DNA of 63,040 bases, filler included, from Nemertoderma westbladi (taxonomy: Eukaryota; Animalia; Xenacoelomorpha), in assembly GCA_032718475.1 (NCBI GenBank). It is 3 parts of 3 records of this genome, joined end to end, with 100 filler letters (N's around TTAATTAATTAA, not from the genome) between each part and the next. Parts side by side here need not be neighbours in the genome. Positions count along the whole stretch, not along the records: positions 1 to 15,875 come from JAUCBJ010007433.1; positions 15,976 to 44,147 come from JAUCBJ010000536.1; 1 more part is not named here. One strand, given 5' to 3'. The position numbers and the translations under genes were made by a program. The notes beneath the pieces were generated by a model. That model did no database searches. It was given only the letters and a program-made list of their open reading frames with translations, and had not been told where the DNA came from. Position 1 is the stretch's first letter; every line of letters begins with the position of its first letter. Below, piece after piece: positions 12,043 to 23,636 of this stretch.

Positions 12043-13110
12043 ATGGAACTCCGCTATCAATGTCTCATATTTATCTTCTTTCTATCCGCCATGACAACAT
12101 TTTCCTTAAATCCTTGGCAAGGAGAATGGCAACGATCAAGGCGCAATTCCCTTCCAGATGAACAACCTGCAGCCTCAGATCGCATGGAGGCCTACCGCCA
12201 CTTCAATTTCCGCACGGACATTCGATCCAGGGAAAAGAACCTGGAAGAAATGAGAAAACTAAACAAAGCGGTGATGAATAGAACATCAACAGGAGAACCG
12301 ACATCGTTGAATAAAGATAAATCTCATTACAGTAAACATGATTTCTATAAAATAATCGCACCTGAAACCCGGGAGAATGAAATTGTAGAAAAATCCAGCT
12401 CATCCATCGAGTCCCCAAAAGTTGAATGCCTGAAACGAATTGATTTCCCTGCAGCTTACGATCCACCCAGAGTTAAACATTACATGACATGTTTCGACGA
12501 CGATAAATCAGATAGTAGCATCTTGTACATCGATATAGATGTAAACGATTCCACGGTGCCCCTACGAAAGATTCTCCCTCCGGACAGTCTCGTACTGCTG
12601 CTAGTAATGGCTGCCGAGGATCCAGCGACCATTAATGAGATGCGAGAAGCCGAAATCCTCCTCAAACGATACTCTGATATATCTTGCGGGCGATTCGCTA
12701 TCCTCGGAATACCAACAAACCAGTTCGGACGACTAAACCCCGATTCTAAAGCCGATTCAACCAGAGCTGCTGTCAAACGCAACGCGGTGGTTGAAAATGC
12801 CGAGGATTACCAAGCTATAGACAGTATTATTGTCACTGATACCGTTGATGTCAACGGAGATGATGAGCATTACGTATTCCACTTGCTGAAGAAGAATTGC
12901 CCTCCAACAAGGGATGCTTTTCCTGACCGGCGCGATATTTTTTGGGATCCGATCAGAAGATCCGATATTAGTTGGAATTATGAGAAGTTTCTCATTCATC
13001 CCAACGGTAAGCCTCTTCTTCGCATCGATTTTAGTTTGACGTCACTCCATTTGGACGTTGTGATAATCGAACATCTATTAGAATTGGGCTACTTTGGCGG
13101 TAACTGTTGA
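12043..13110 (+). CDS. Secreted glutathione-peroxidase-fold protein (GPx3-like), catalytic residue absent; 355 aa, intronless
   Basis: ILGIPTNQFG, DVNG..EH.VF.LLK.NCPP, FWDP...DISWNYEKFLI.PNGKP. The signal peptide begins at the ATG at 12043 (MELRYQCLIFIFFLSAMTTFS), which I prefer to the ORF-track start at 11896. Confidence 0.85.
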   Translation: MELRYQCLIFIFFLSAMTTFSLNPWQGEWQRSRRNSLPDEQPAASDRMEAYRHFNFRTDIRSREKNLEEMRKLNKAVMNRTSTGEPTSLNKDKSHYSKHDFYKIIAPETRENEIVEKSSSSIESPKVECLKRIDFPAAYDPPRVKHYMTCFDDDKSDSSILYIDIDVNDSTVPLRKILPPDSLVLLLVMAAEDPATINEMREAEILLKRYSDISCGRFAILGIPTNQFGRLNPDSKADSTRAAVKRNAVVENAEDYQAIDSIIVTDTVDVNGDDEHYVFHLLKKNCPPTRDAFPDRRDIFWDPIRRSDISWNYEKFLIHPNGKPLLRIDFSLTSLHLDVVIIEHLLELGYFGGNC

Positions 13111-13423
13111 GTGCATAGACAATGTTGGAATTTTACATACATTCATGTTGTTATGAAGAACAGAAACCCAAAATTTTCCTATAATATGTTTATTTATATT
13201 AAATATAATGTATTTTGTTTTCATGTGTACCACATTTCAGGTCATTCTTTAGTATTATATGTTCATTTAATTATATATTTAATTATCATATATTAAGTTT
13301 ATTATTGTAAAATTAATTATATTTAGGTAATACTATTACTATTAGTGTTAATACATAAGATAATGCGAATATTTAGAGAACATGGCAATTGATATTGAAT
13401 AGACATATTGAATGACCTTGGCC

Positions 13424-13434
13424 TTATACAGTAA
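13424..13434 (-). CDS. Probable terminal coding exon of the EF-hand gene (VTV*)
   Basis: tttttcAG acceptor at 13437-13435, phase 1, stop TAA at 13426-13424; minus-strand AATAAA at 13303-13298. Confidence 0.45.
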
Positions 13435-13532
13435 CTGAAAAATATTTATAAGTTAAAAAAAGTTTCTAAGTTAAAAAATATAAATATTTTTTCAGAGTAG
13501 ATGTTCCCTGACTACCACTGACTAGTTTATAC

Positions 13533-13730
13533 CTTTAATAACCATTATTCTTCTCAGCGTCACCGGCGTAACGTAGCCACACCTATTCTCGCTGTAGTCC
13601 TCAAACAGTTGGGCTATTTCTGGATCGAACTTAGCTTTGGGTTCGATTGCGTTGTTATCGTTAATTGGAAAAACATTGACATCATCCTTTAACAATGCGG
13701 CAAATTCGGCAAAGTCAATTGAACCATCCC
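13533..13730 (-). CDS. Internal exon of a divergent calmodulin-like EF-hand gene
   Basis: tgcAG acceptor then (G)DGSIDFAEF, at the phase-1 intron position typical of calmodulin EF-hand 2. Continues EIAQLFEDYSENRCGYVTPVTLRRIM to an AAG|GTATAA donor. Upstream exons were not located. Confidence 0.72.
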
Positions 13731-14027
13731 CTGCACGTAACAACATGATTAAACCAAAATATTCAATGAGATCGTGTAAGTGATACCGGCCCAGCCCTCC
13801 CCCAAAGAGAAGGGAATTTCCCTATATTATAATATATTTATAACGGACTAAGACTACAGTATAAATATAAATTCCAACTGTACCAGAGTTCCGTTTTCAA
13901 CCAAAGCAACAATCTCAGTAAACATAGCTTATGCGCTCAGATGAGCACTAAGTGTGCAAAATTATACAATGATGTAATTAACCCTTTGGGTACCAACTAA
14001 TGGCGGAACACTGCCGTCATTTTCGTT

Positions 14028-15221
14028 GGAAGCAGGACAATTCGGTCCCGGACAATTCGGTCCGGACAATTCGGTCCCGGACAATTCGGTCCCGGACAAT
14101 TCGGTCCCATTAATTTTATGTTTTGGGACCGAATTGTCCGGGACCGAATTGTCCGGGACCGAATTGTCCGGATACTGACTAGGACAATTCGGTCCCAAAA
14201 CATGCATATTAATGGGACCGAATTGTCCGGGACCGAATTGTCCGGGACCGAATTGTCCGGGACCGAATTGTCCGGGACCAAATTTAATTGGTACTGTCTA
14301 TATAATGGTGAATGTTCTAGAACCTTAATATATATTATTATATGGTAGCTAGTGTTTTTTTTGCTAGCTAGTATTTTTTTTTTAATAAAAAAAATTTACT
14401 TTTTTTTGTTAACATTATTATTTATGGTAGCTATGGTGTTTTTATGGAGCTTGTGAATTATTTACTAGCTAGTAATAGTATGTATTTAAAATGTTTAAAG
14501 CTGATTTTTTTAATATATTGCGTAAGTATACTGTATGTGTTGTTGGTTGGTTAACAAGCCTAAATTATTATCCTAGATAATAGCTGGATCTCATTCAGGG
14601 ACTGTTATAATATCATCAATATTGTTGGTAATTAATATAATCAGCAACAGTTTAGGCCTAATTCTGAAATATCATTGTTTTCACAGGTATTTTTATAATT
14701 TCAAGGAAATGCTAGCTAGTAAAAAAAAACACTAGCTACACCTTAATAAATAATATATAATAATGTTCTCGAACACTACCAATAACAAAAATAAAAATAC
14801 AGTATTTTTAAAATTTCAAAAAATTCTAGCAAGTAAATAACACTAGCTACCATAACAAATATCTCTACTAATGTTCTAGAACATTCACCAATATCAAAAA
14901 AGCACTAAAAAGTTGCTATCAGGAACCGGACAATTCGGTCCCGGACAATTCGGTCCTGGACAATTCGGTCCTGGACAATTCGGTCCCGGACAATTCGGTC
15001 CCGGACAATTCGGTCCCGGACAATTCGGTCCCGGACAATTCGGTCCTAGGACAATTCGGTCCTAGGACAATTCGGTCCCGGACAATTCGGTCCCGGACAA
15101 TTCGGTCCCATTTATTTAGTGTTTTGGGACCGAATTGTCCGGGACCGAATTGTCCGGGACCGAATTGTCCGGACCGAATTGTCCGGGACCGAATTGTCCG
15201 GGACCGAATTGTCCTACATCC
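14028..15221. mobile_element. Foldback/MULE-type non-autonomous transposon with 15-bp subterminal arrays
   Basis: Termini GGAAGCAGGACAATTCGG / CCGAATTGTCCTACATCC; perfect 9-bp TSD ATTTTCGTT (14019-14027, 15222-15230); arrays of GGACAATTCGGTCCC in both orientations. Confidence 0.92.
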
Positions 15222-15263
15222 ATTTTCGTTATATATAATTCCGAACCATGTTCTGTTCATTAA

Positions 15264-15875
15264 GGGGGGGGGGGGGGGGGTATACCCCCCCATGAACCTT
15301 TTTTTAAAATGGCTGTAAATTAGTGTTAAATGATAATATTACTATTTTGTCATGGTAAACCACTGTATGGAAGGCCAAATAGCCTTTATAGTAAAATTTG
15401 AGAATTTATAGCCTCCCCCTAGCGGCTGGCGGCGGAATTAAAGATTTCATAAAATTGCTACTAGTCCCTCAATTTTGGTCCAAATTTTTTGAAACCAACT
15501 TTTTTGGACTCAGCGTGATTGACTCTACAAAAGTTATCTTATAGAATTTTTAAATAGCCATTGTTATTTTAATTAATTAATTAAATTAATTAATTATCAT
15601 ATTTTTAATTAAAATTGGCTAATTAGAAAAATTGGTAATATTTATCAAAATTCCATAAGATCACTTTTAAAGAGCTTCCAAAGCTCGTTCGAATGAGCCA
15701 TAAACGAAGAAAATTGGTTAAAAAATGACGGAGGAGTAGTAATTTGAAAATGAAAAATGTCATTCCGAGAAAATGCCCTTCAAAGTTTAAACCGTCCCGG
15801 CCAAAATTGACTGTCTGTGTTCTGGTTGGTTAATTATTTCTGGCACGAAGGTTGCATACCAACGAGCTAAAATGT
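15264..15875. mobile_element. Kolobok-like non-autonomous element, cut by the gap; inverted copy of 38175-39033
   Basis: TTAA followed by a G-run terminus; reverse-complement match to 38444-39033. Confidence 0.82.
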
Positions 15876-15975
15876 NNNNNNNNNNNNNNNNNNNNNNNNN
15901 NNNNNNNNNNNNNNNNNNNTTAATTAATTAANNNNNNNNNNNNNNNNNNNNNNNNNNNNNNNNNNNNNNNNNNNN
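15876..15975. other. Assembly gap with artificial six-frame-stop linker
   Basis: N-run, TTAATTAATTAA, N-run. Confidence 0.97.
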
Positions 15976-16449
15976 ATTTATGCCTACAAATTTTCAATTC
16001 GACAGCTTTAAATATTTGAATGTTAAATTTATTTGAATGTTACGTTAAATGAAATCTTTACGTCAACAACTATTTGCCATTATTGACATACTCCAATATT
16101 GTCAGTTCGCTAAGGCCCCGCCAACTTCGTGGCTCGCCCCATACGCCTTCAACAATATTGAATTTATATGTATTAAATTAACTCTCACTTGGTTATATGC
16201 TCCCCAAATCCCAGTAATGGGTTTGCCCCCAGATTTGGCCTCTGCCCCCCCAGATATTATGATCACCATACGGGCCTGCTCCTACTCCTTCCCTTTTTAG
16301 TAACAATATCGTTTATTGTTTTGGTTAGAAAACCTAAGAGGTAACCTGATCCTTTCCTTCAATTGGCAATAACATAGTTTATTGGTTTGGTCAGATTAAT
16401 ATGTTATTATTTATTGTTGTTATTTTATTGCTTGGCGATAGTGCCCATG

Positions 16450-16977
16450 ATTAATGTTTGTGCCCTTGATTGATATCTGTCCCTCGTTTAATGTTTGTGT
16501 CCCTCATTAATGTTTGTGTACCTCATTAATGTTTGTGTCCCTCATTAATGTTTGTGTACCTCATTAATGTTTGTGTCCCTCATTAATGTTTGTGTCCCTC
16601 ATTAATGTTTGTGTCCCTCATTAATGTTTGTGTCCCTCATTAATATTTGTGTCCCGCATTAATGTTTGTGTCCCTCATTAATGTCTGTGTCCTATATCAA
16701 TGTTTATGTCCCACATTAATGTTATAGTGTCCCTCAATTAATGTTTGTGTCCCTCATTAATGTTTGTGTACCTCATTAATGTTTGTGTCCCTCATTAATG
16801 TTTGTGTCCCTCATTAATGTTTGTGTATCTCATTAATGTTAGTGTCCCTCATTAATGTTTGTGTCCTATATCAATGTTTATGTCCCACATTAATGTTTGT
16901 CCCCCTGATTAATGTTTGTCCCACATTAATGTTTGTGGCGCTGATAAATATCTGTCCCTCATTTAATGTTTGTGTCC
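16450..16977. repeat. 19-bp minisatellite CATTAATGTTTGTGTCCCT
   Basis: Tandem periodicity read directly; units degenerate at the edges. Confidence 0.95.
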
Positions 16978-17697
16978 AAGTTGCTATAAGTTACTCTAGG
17001 TTGCCGGACGTTTTGGACAATTTGGTCAGCAACTAGCAACTTAATTTGAGTAACATTAACTTTTAGTCTCCGTTATATGAGGCATCTTTTACAGCAACAA
17101 ACTTCGCGTTTACATAGAGCAACTTGATCGGCAACCTGACATGCTCACTAAGTTGCTGATAGAGTTGCTCAAAATGTTGCCACGTACTGTAGAAAAACCA
17201 GGTCTTTAATTATTCGTCATGACGTACTGTAAGTGAACTTTACTTTAACTTTAACGTAGCTGTAACCCTGTAGCTAGACTTTGTTCTTACTGTAGAGTAC
17301 CACCCATGGCTATATTTTGTACTTAGAGTTCCGCTTTCTTGAATCTAAATTTTGTTCTTATAGTTCTGCATTTGGCTACATTTTGTTCAATTTGTATTGA
17401 TACATGATTCTAACTACAGTCCCGTACTTATTTTAGAAGCAATTAATACCAAAATATCAAAAACTTATGGAGCCCTTTAGAATTTTGAATTCAAAAATTT
17501 CCAACATGTGCGCAAGTGTGTTAGCTATATTGTATGTGATTATTTGTTATTATTGCGTTTACAGGTAATACTAACACCTGATCATGTGCTAGTTAACATG
17601 TTAGATAGCACGTATTAGCTAATAACAAATGCGCACATGTATTACGTGCGCACTACGCACTAAATAATTAAGGACGCACGATACGCCTTGGCTATTA

Positions 17698-17893
17698 TTT
17701 GATATATTTTGCGTGTTTTTTGTAAAAATTCGGACTTATGGTGTTTTGCCAAATTGAGGATACCTTGTTTTCTAGGCAATACCCCGCAACTATCGTATAG
17801 TTACGGGATAATACCAGAAAATGGTGTTCCCCTTTGTTTTGGCAAAACACCATAAGTCAGAATTTTTACAAAAAAACCGCAATATATTTCAAA
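17698..17893. mobile_element. Short hairpin/MITE-like element
   Basis: ~55-bp inverted arms (tttttgtaaaaattcggacttatggtgttttgccaaa / tttggcaaaacaccataagtcagaatttttacaaaaa). No TSD is evident. Confidence 0.65.
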
Positions 17894-18385
17894 GGTAATT
17901 CTAAATCAAATTGAAAGTTTAGTTATATGAATTCTATATATATTTAGTTATCAAAAAACACAATAACAAGTAAACTGAGGCATCTCTCTAAAAAATAAAC
18001 AGTTTTTATCGATTATCTCAGAACTACAAAAATCGACTTAGGGGGTTCTGCCTTGAAGGTGACGTATTGTACAAACCGGCTATGTACACATATAAATGAC
18101 CAATTATCAACTCTGGCGTCAATAACTATTAACTAACTTTTAAACTTGTCATCATTTATAATTTACCTACATAATGAATGTAGGGCGTAGGCCTACTGTA
18201 GGCAGTTTCTATATTCAGATGTAGTATTTATTATCTGATTATAAGTTGAGTAAAAAAGTTGTTGCAATACACATTCAGGAAGTCCCTCTAAAGGCATGCA
18301 TGCCAAATCTCCCCACGTGCCAAATCTCCCTGGTCTCCCCTAGTCACAGTCTGACAGTAACATTACATACGAGGGTTTGTGACCT

Positions 18386-18550
18386 AGTTGCCGAAACGCA
18401 ACTTCAGTTCGCCGAAATGCAACTACGAGTTGCCGAAATGCAACTACGAGTTGCCGAAACACAACTATAGCAGTTGGTGAAACGTAATTGTTCAGTTGCC
18501 AAAACGCGAATTTGAGTTGCCTAAACGTGACAGTTGCCGAAACGCAACTT
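18386..18550. repeat. ~21-bp tandem repeat with AGTTGCCGAAA core
   Basis: About 8 degenerate units. Confidence 0.8.
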
Positions 18551-19183
18551 AACCGCCACAGGTACGGATATGAACTATAACTCAATTACCCGGCTGCCCG
18601 GTACCGGTCTGCCGGTAGGCAGCGTAAGGCAGTAAGGGCAGAAGGGTGAAGGCCGAAGGGGGGAGTTATCTCAGCCTAAGGGGAGTGTTCTCAGCCTACG
18701 TGGCCTAGCTGCCTAGCTGCCTAGGCTGAGATAACTGGGGGGGGGGGGGGGGGGGGGGGGGGGTTGTTCCCAGCCTAGGCTGAGACGACTGGACTGAGGG
18801 AGGAGTGTTCTCAGCCTAGCACCTACTGACTGACTGACCTAGGCTAAGATGACTGGGAGTTAATTTCAACGGAGGGAGTTATCTCAGCGACCCAGCCTAG
18901 TACAATGGCCTTGGCCTGCCTGTGCCTGTATCTGTGTATATCGTTGTATCGATCCACTATCAGGCATTCAGGGTAGGCCTATTATTTGTAGCCTCTGATT
19001 TACTAGCATACCCGCTATTTTCTGTACGTACGTACGTACCGTTACCGTACATAAAATTTAAGTAATACATATTGACTGACTGAATACTTTCCACTTTCTT
19101 AATCTGTAAAATATTTTTATGTCACTGTTTTATCCATCTGTCAATAATGACAGACGATATAGACAGTCACTTATAAATGTATA

Positions 19184-19858
19184 ATGGGCAATTGCTTGAA
19201 AGGACCAGAAAATACAGAAGACGAGCATTCTAACTCGTGTCTATTAGAAGAGAACGGCGGCGGAAATGTAGCGGAATTGGACGACGTAGACGCGCCACCT
19301 CCGCCCTACCGCCATCAGCGGCCGGGCCCGCCGGTTTACTACTACCCAACACCGAGCGTGCCGCGTACGGTAAACCAACTCACGGAGCAGCAGCAGGTCC
19401 ACATAGCCGAGCGGCTGGGACTCATCCAGCATCTACCCCGCGCGTATTACCACAACGATGGCGAGTCGAAACCCAGTAGGGAGTGCGTCATCTGCATGAT
19501 AGACTTCGTAGAGGGCGACCACATGCGGTGTCTGCCCTGCATGCACATCTACCATATTGGTTGCATCGACGACTGGCTGATGCGCAGCTTCACCTGTCCC
19601 TCCTGCATGGAACCGGTGGACGCCGCGCTTCTTAACACGTATTACACTGGGGATACGGGGTCAACGACCTCCGAGTTGCTAGAACAGGTCTCCGAGGGAC
19701 CTGCGTCCCCGGGCTTGGTCCCTGAGGTCGGGAAGGGGCCCGTTGCTAGGGCAACCGACCCCCCGATAGACTGCCCCGTTGCCCCTCACGCCGCCCCCCG
19801 CCCAGGGGAACCAGCCATCCACCCGGCGGATATACCATCCTCTTCTGATCCGTTGTAA
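19184..19858 (+). CDS. RNF11: RING finger protein 11 orthologue (RING-H2 E3 ligase/adaptor), intronless, C-terminally extended
   Basis: MGNCLK acylation motif, PPPPY, YYPTP..R...QLTE.QQV.IA.RLGLIQHLP, and the RING-H2 ECVICM.DF...LPCMHIYH..CIDDWLMRSFTCPSCMEPVDAALL. Confidence 0.95.
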   Translation: MGNCLKGPENTEDEHSNSCLLEENGGGNVAELDDVDAPPPPYRHQRPGPPVYYYPTPSVPRTVNQLTEQQQVHIAERLGLIQHLPRAYYHNDGESKPSRECVICMIDFVEGDHMRCLPCMHIYHIGCIDDWLMRSFTCPSCMEPVDAALLNTYYTGDTGSTTSELLEQVSEGPASPGLVPEVGKGPVARATDPPIDCPVAPHAAPRPGEPAIHPADIPSSSDPL

Positions 19859-20650
19859 TTTACGCGATTGGATCCATGGCCTGGAATCCCCTTGCCTGTG
19901 TATATATATAATTTTACTTTTTTATTGTATATTTTGTTCTCTACCCTGGGTGTAAATGTAAAGGGGAATTGTATTTGGAGTGACAGGCGAAATATTTACC
20001 TTATGTGTAATTATTGTGTAAAACCACACCCGACACCTCCCATATTCTCAACTTTTCTACTCAAATAAATAATTATTTACGTGAGTGGACAAAGCAGGGG
20101 AGTTGAATAATTATAATTTTATGGTGCTTTATGATGCTGTTGAGAGGTACCAAGGGTCGCTATTCAGAATTTGCGAATGTGAGTTTTCGATGGATCTCGG
20201 AATTATATGGTTTCGGGTTCCGTTAGCTATTTATATATGGCAAACATTTAGTATTAATATTCAATAATTTGATACGAGTGATATTATTGTCGTTTTAAAT
20301 GATTTTTGCCATGATGAATTATTACGATTGATATTATTGATCGATTTAAATAATGTTTCAAAACTGCATTATTTTGCTTAATATTATTGGTTGATTTAAA
20401 TAACAGTTGAATTATTTCAACCGATTATATAATATATTAAAGAATCACGCCATGGTGTCGGCACAGCAAAGTAACAAATAAAATATAATTAAAGGCACAG
20501 CGCAGTATTTTAAAACAGATTAGATTTTAATTAAAATAAATATATAAAGGTCGGAGTTTAAAATAGGCAAACTAGGGGGTGGGGCAAGACAATGTTGCAC
20601 AGTGTCGAAGTGGCTCGTGGTTCGCGGTGCACGCAGTGAGATGATATATA

Positions 20651-22765
20651 GGAAGAAGATGTAGAGGAACTTGATGTAGGGGAAGTAGATGTAGAGGAAG
20701 TAGATGTAGAGTAAGTAGATGTAGAGGAAGTAGATGTAGAGGAAGTAGATGTAGAGGAAGTAGATGTAGAGGAAGTAGATGTAGAGTAAGTAGATGTAGA
20801 GGAAGTAGATGTAGAGGAAGTAAATGTAGAGGAAGTAGATGTAGAGGAAGTAGATGTAGAGGAAGTAAATGTAGAGGAAGTAGATGTAGAGGAAGTAGAT
20901 GTAGAGGAAGTAGATGTAGAGGAAGTAGATGTAGAGGAAGTAGATGTAGAGGAAGTAAATGTAGAGGAAGTAGATGTAGAGGAAGTAGATGTAGAGGAAG
21001 TAGATGTAGAGGAAGTAGATGTAGAGGAAGTAGATGTAGGGGAATTAGATGTAGAGGAAGTAGATGTAGAGGAACTTGATGTAGGGGAAGTAGATGTAGA
21101 GGAAGTAGATGAAGAGGAAGTAAATGTAGAGGAAGTAGATGTAGAGGAAGTAGATGTAGAGGAAGTAGATGTAGAGGAAGTAGATGTAGAGGAAGTAGAT
21201 GTAGAGGAAGTAGATGTAGAGGAAGTAGATGTAGAGGAAGTAGATGTAGGGGAATTAGATGTAGAGGAAGTAGATGTAGAGGAACTTGATGTAGGGGAAG
21301 TAGATGTAGAGGAAGTAGATGTAGAGGAAGTAGATGTAGGGGAATTAGATGTAGAGGAAGTAGATGTAGAGGAACTTGATGTAGGGGAAGTAGATGTAGA
21401 GGAAGTAGATGAAGAGGAAGTAGATGTAGAGGAAGTAGATGTAGAGGAAGTAGATGTAGGGGAAGTAGATGTAGAGGAAGTAGATGTAGAGGAACTTGAT
21501 GTAGGGGAAGTAGATGTAGAGGAAGTAGATGTAGAGGAAGTAGATGTAGAGGAAGTAGATGTAGAGGAAGTAGATGTAGGGGAAGTAGATGTAGAGGAAG
21601 TAGATGTAGAGGAAGTAGATGTAGAGGAAGTAGATGTAGAGGAAGTAGATGTAGAGGAAGTAGATGTAGGGGAAGTAGATGTAGAGGAAGTAGATGTAGA
21701 TGTAGAGGAAGTAGATGTAGAGGAAGTAGATGTAGAGGAAGTAGATGTAGAGGAAGTAGATGTAGAGGAAGTAGATGTAGAGGAAGTAAATGTAGAGGAA
21801 GTAGATGTAGAGGAAGTAGATGTAGAGGAAGTAGATGTAGAGGAAGTAGATGTAGAGGAAGTAGATGTAGAGGAAGTAGATGTAGAGGAAGTAGATGTAG
21901 AGGAAGTAGATGTAGAGGAAGTAGATGTAGGGGAATTAGATGTAGAGGAAGTAGATGTAGAGGAAGTAGATGTAGGGGAATTAGATGTAGAGGAAGTAGA
22001 TGTAGAGGAACTTGATGTAGGGGAAGTAGATGTAGAGGAAGTATATGAAGAGGAAGTAGATGTAGAGGAAGTAGATGTAGAGCAAGTAGATGTAGGGGAA
22101 GTAGATGTAGAGGAAGTAGATGTAGAGGAACTTGATGTAGGGGAAGTAGATGTAGAGGAAGTAGATGTAGAGGAAGTAGATGTAGATGTAGAGGAAGTAG
22201 ATGTAGAGGAAGTAGATGTAGAGGAAGTAGATGTAGAGGAAGTAGATGTAGAGGAAGTAGATGTAGTGGATGTAGATGTAGAGAAGTAGATGTAGAAGAA
22301 GTAGATGTAGAGGAAGTAGATGTAGAGGAAGTAGATGTAGAGGAAGTAGATGTAGAGGAAGTAGATGTAGAGGAAGTAGATGTAGAGGAAGTAGATGTAG
22401 GGGAAGTAGATGTAGAGGAAGTAGATGTAGAGGAAGTAGATGTAGAAGAAGTAGATGTAGAGGAAGTAGATGTAGAGGAAGTAGATGTAGAGGAAGTAGA
22501 TGTAGAGGAAGTAGATGTAGAAGAAGTAGATGTAGAGGAAGTAGATGTAGAAGAAGTAGATGTAGAGGAAGTAGATGTAGAGGAAGTAGATGTAGAAGAA
22601 GTAGATGTAGAGGAAGTAGATGTAGAGGAAGTAGATGTAGAGGAAGTAGATGTAGAGGAAGTAGATGAAGAGGAAGTAGATGTAGAGGAAGTAGATGTAG
22701 AGGAAGTAGATGTAGAGGAAGTAGATGAAGAGGAAGTAGCTGTAGAGGAAGTAGATGTAGAAGAA
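20651..22765. repeat. 15-bp minisatellite GTAGATGTAGAGGAA, ~140 copies
   Basis: Tandem periodicity with variant units recurring in higher-order patterns. Confidence 0.97.
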
Positions 22766-22877
22766 ACACCCGATACACCTAACGAGCCTCGACTTTGCTG
22801 ATCATCTGATAGAAGCATTGCTTGGTGCTTAAAGACTACTCAAGTCTATTTTTAATTGTTACAAAACACGAAAAACC

Positions 22878-23636
22878 AGGATCCCGGAGAAAAATGCAAT
22901 CCCGATCCCAATTTTTTGACAGGGATCCCGAAGTAAATGTAGTGAAGTGAGTTTGTTGATAAAAAGTTCCAGCAGAGCGGAAATGTATTATATCGAATTT
23001 ATATGTCAGTAAACCCAGTAATAAATTACAAAATAATGTTAATATAACTTTATCATACTAATATTTCGAGACAGGGGTGGGGGAAACTGGACGCAAATCC
23101 CGCCTTGCCGAATTAATAACCCGTCTCAATCTTAAATTCTCAATTTATAGAAATGAGCAGGTTACAGTGGCACGTTATTTTAACCAAAACAATAAACTAA
23201 GCAAAGTAGAACAGGTTACAGTTATATTTTTGAGAATAATCAGCTGTTATATGCGTCGAAGTTCCCCTGGAGAGGGATGAATTTTTATTGTGTCCACACC
23301 CCCCCCCCCCCCCCCCCCCCCCCCTATATGAATATTTCAGAAGTGTAAAATAAAGTGAGTGTTTCCCAAAACCCGCCAGCCGCCACATATACTAATAACT
23401 TTAAGAAATTTTTAATCCAAAATTGCAATCTCGAAAATCGGGATCCCGTGAGTCATAATCTCGATCCCGAAAATCGGGATCCCGAGAATGATAATCCCGA
23501 TCCCGAAAATCTGGATCCCGAGAGTGATAATCCCGATACCGGAAATCGGGATCCCGAGAGTGATAATCCCGATCCCGGAAAGTGTGATACCGTTTAAACG
23601 ATATTATTTATCAATCTATTTCATAAGCGTGCCCTG
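22878..23636. mobile_element. Probable hAT-like element remnant with GATCCCG-rich 36-bp subterminal repeats
   Basis: Unit GATAATCCCGATCCCGAAAATCGGGATCCCGAGAGT at 23430-23585; the end ...GTGCCCTG reads CAGGG on the other strand. No matching left TIR or TSD was found. Confidence 0.5.

Noticed and set aside
12600-13300. Selenoprotein GPx with SECIS
   Set aside because: No in-frame TGA at the catalytic site, and no convincing SECIS in the AT-rich 3' flank.
13962-15318. ORFs with GTELS/PDNSV/RTIRS repeats (also near 60300-60740)
   Set aside because: Translations of transposon subterminal arrays.
15920-15931. TTAATTAATTAA motif within the N-runs
   Set aside because: Artificial contig linker, identical at the second gap.
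20572-22280. Poly-(HLLPL) protein
   Set aside because: Off-frame reading of the 15-bp satellite.
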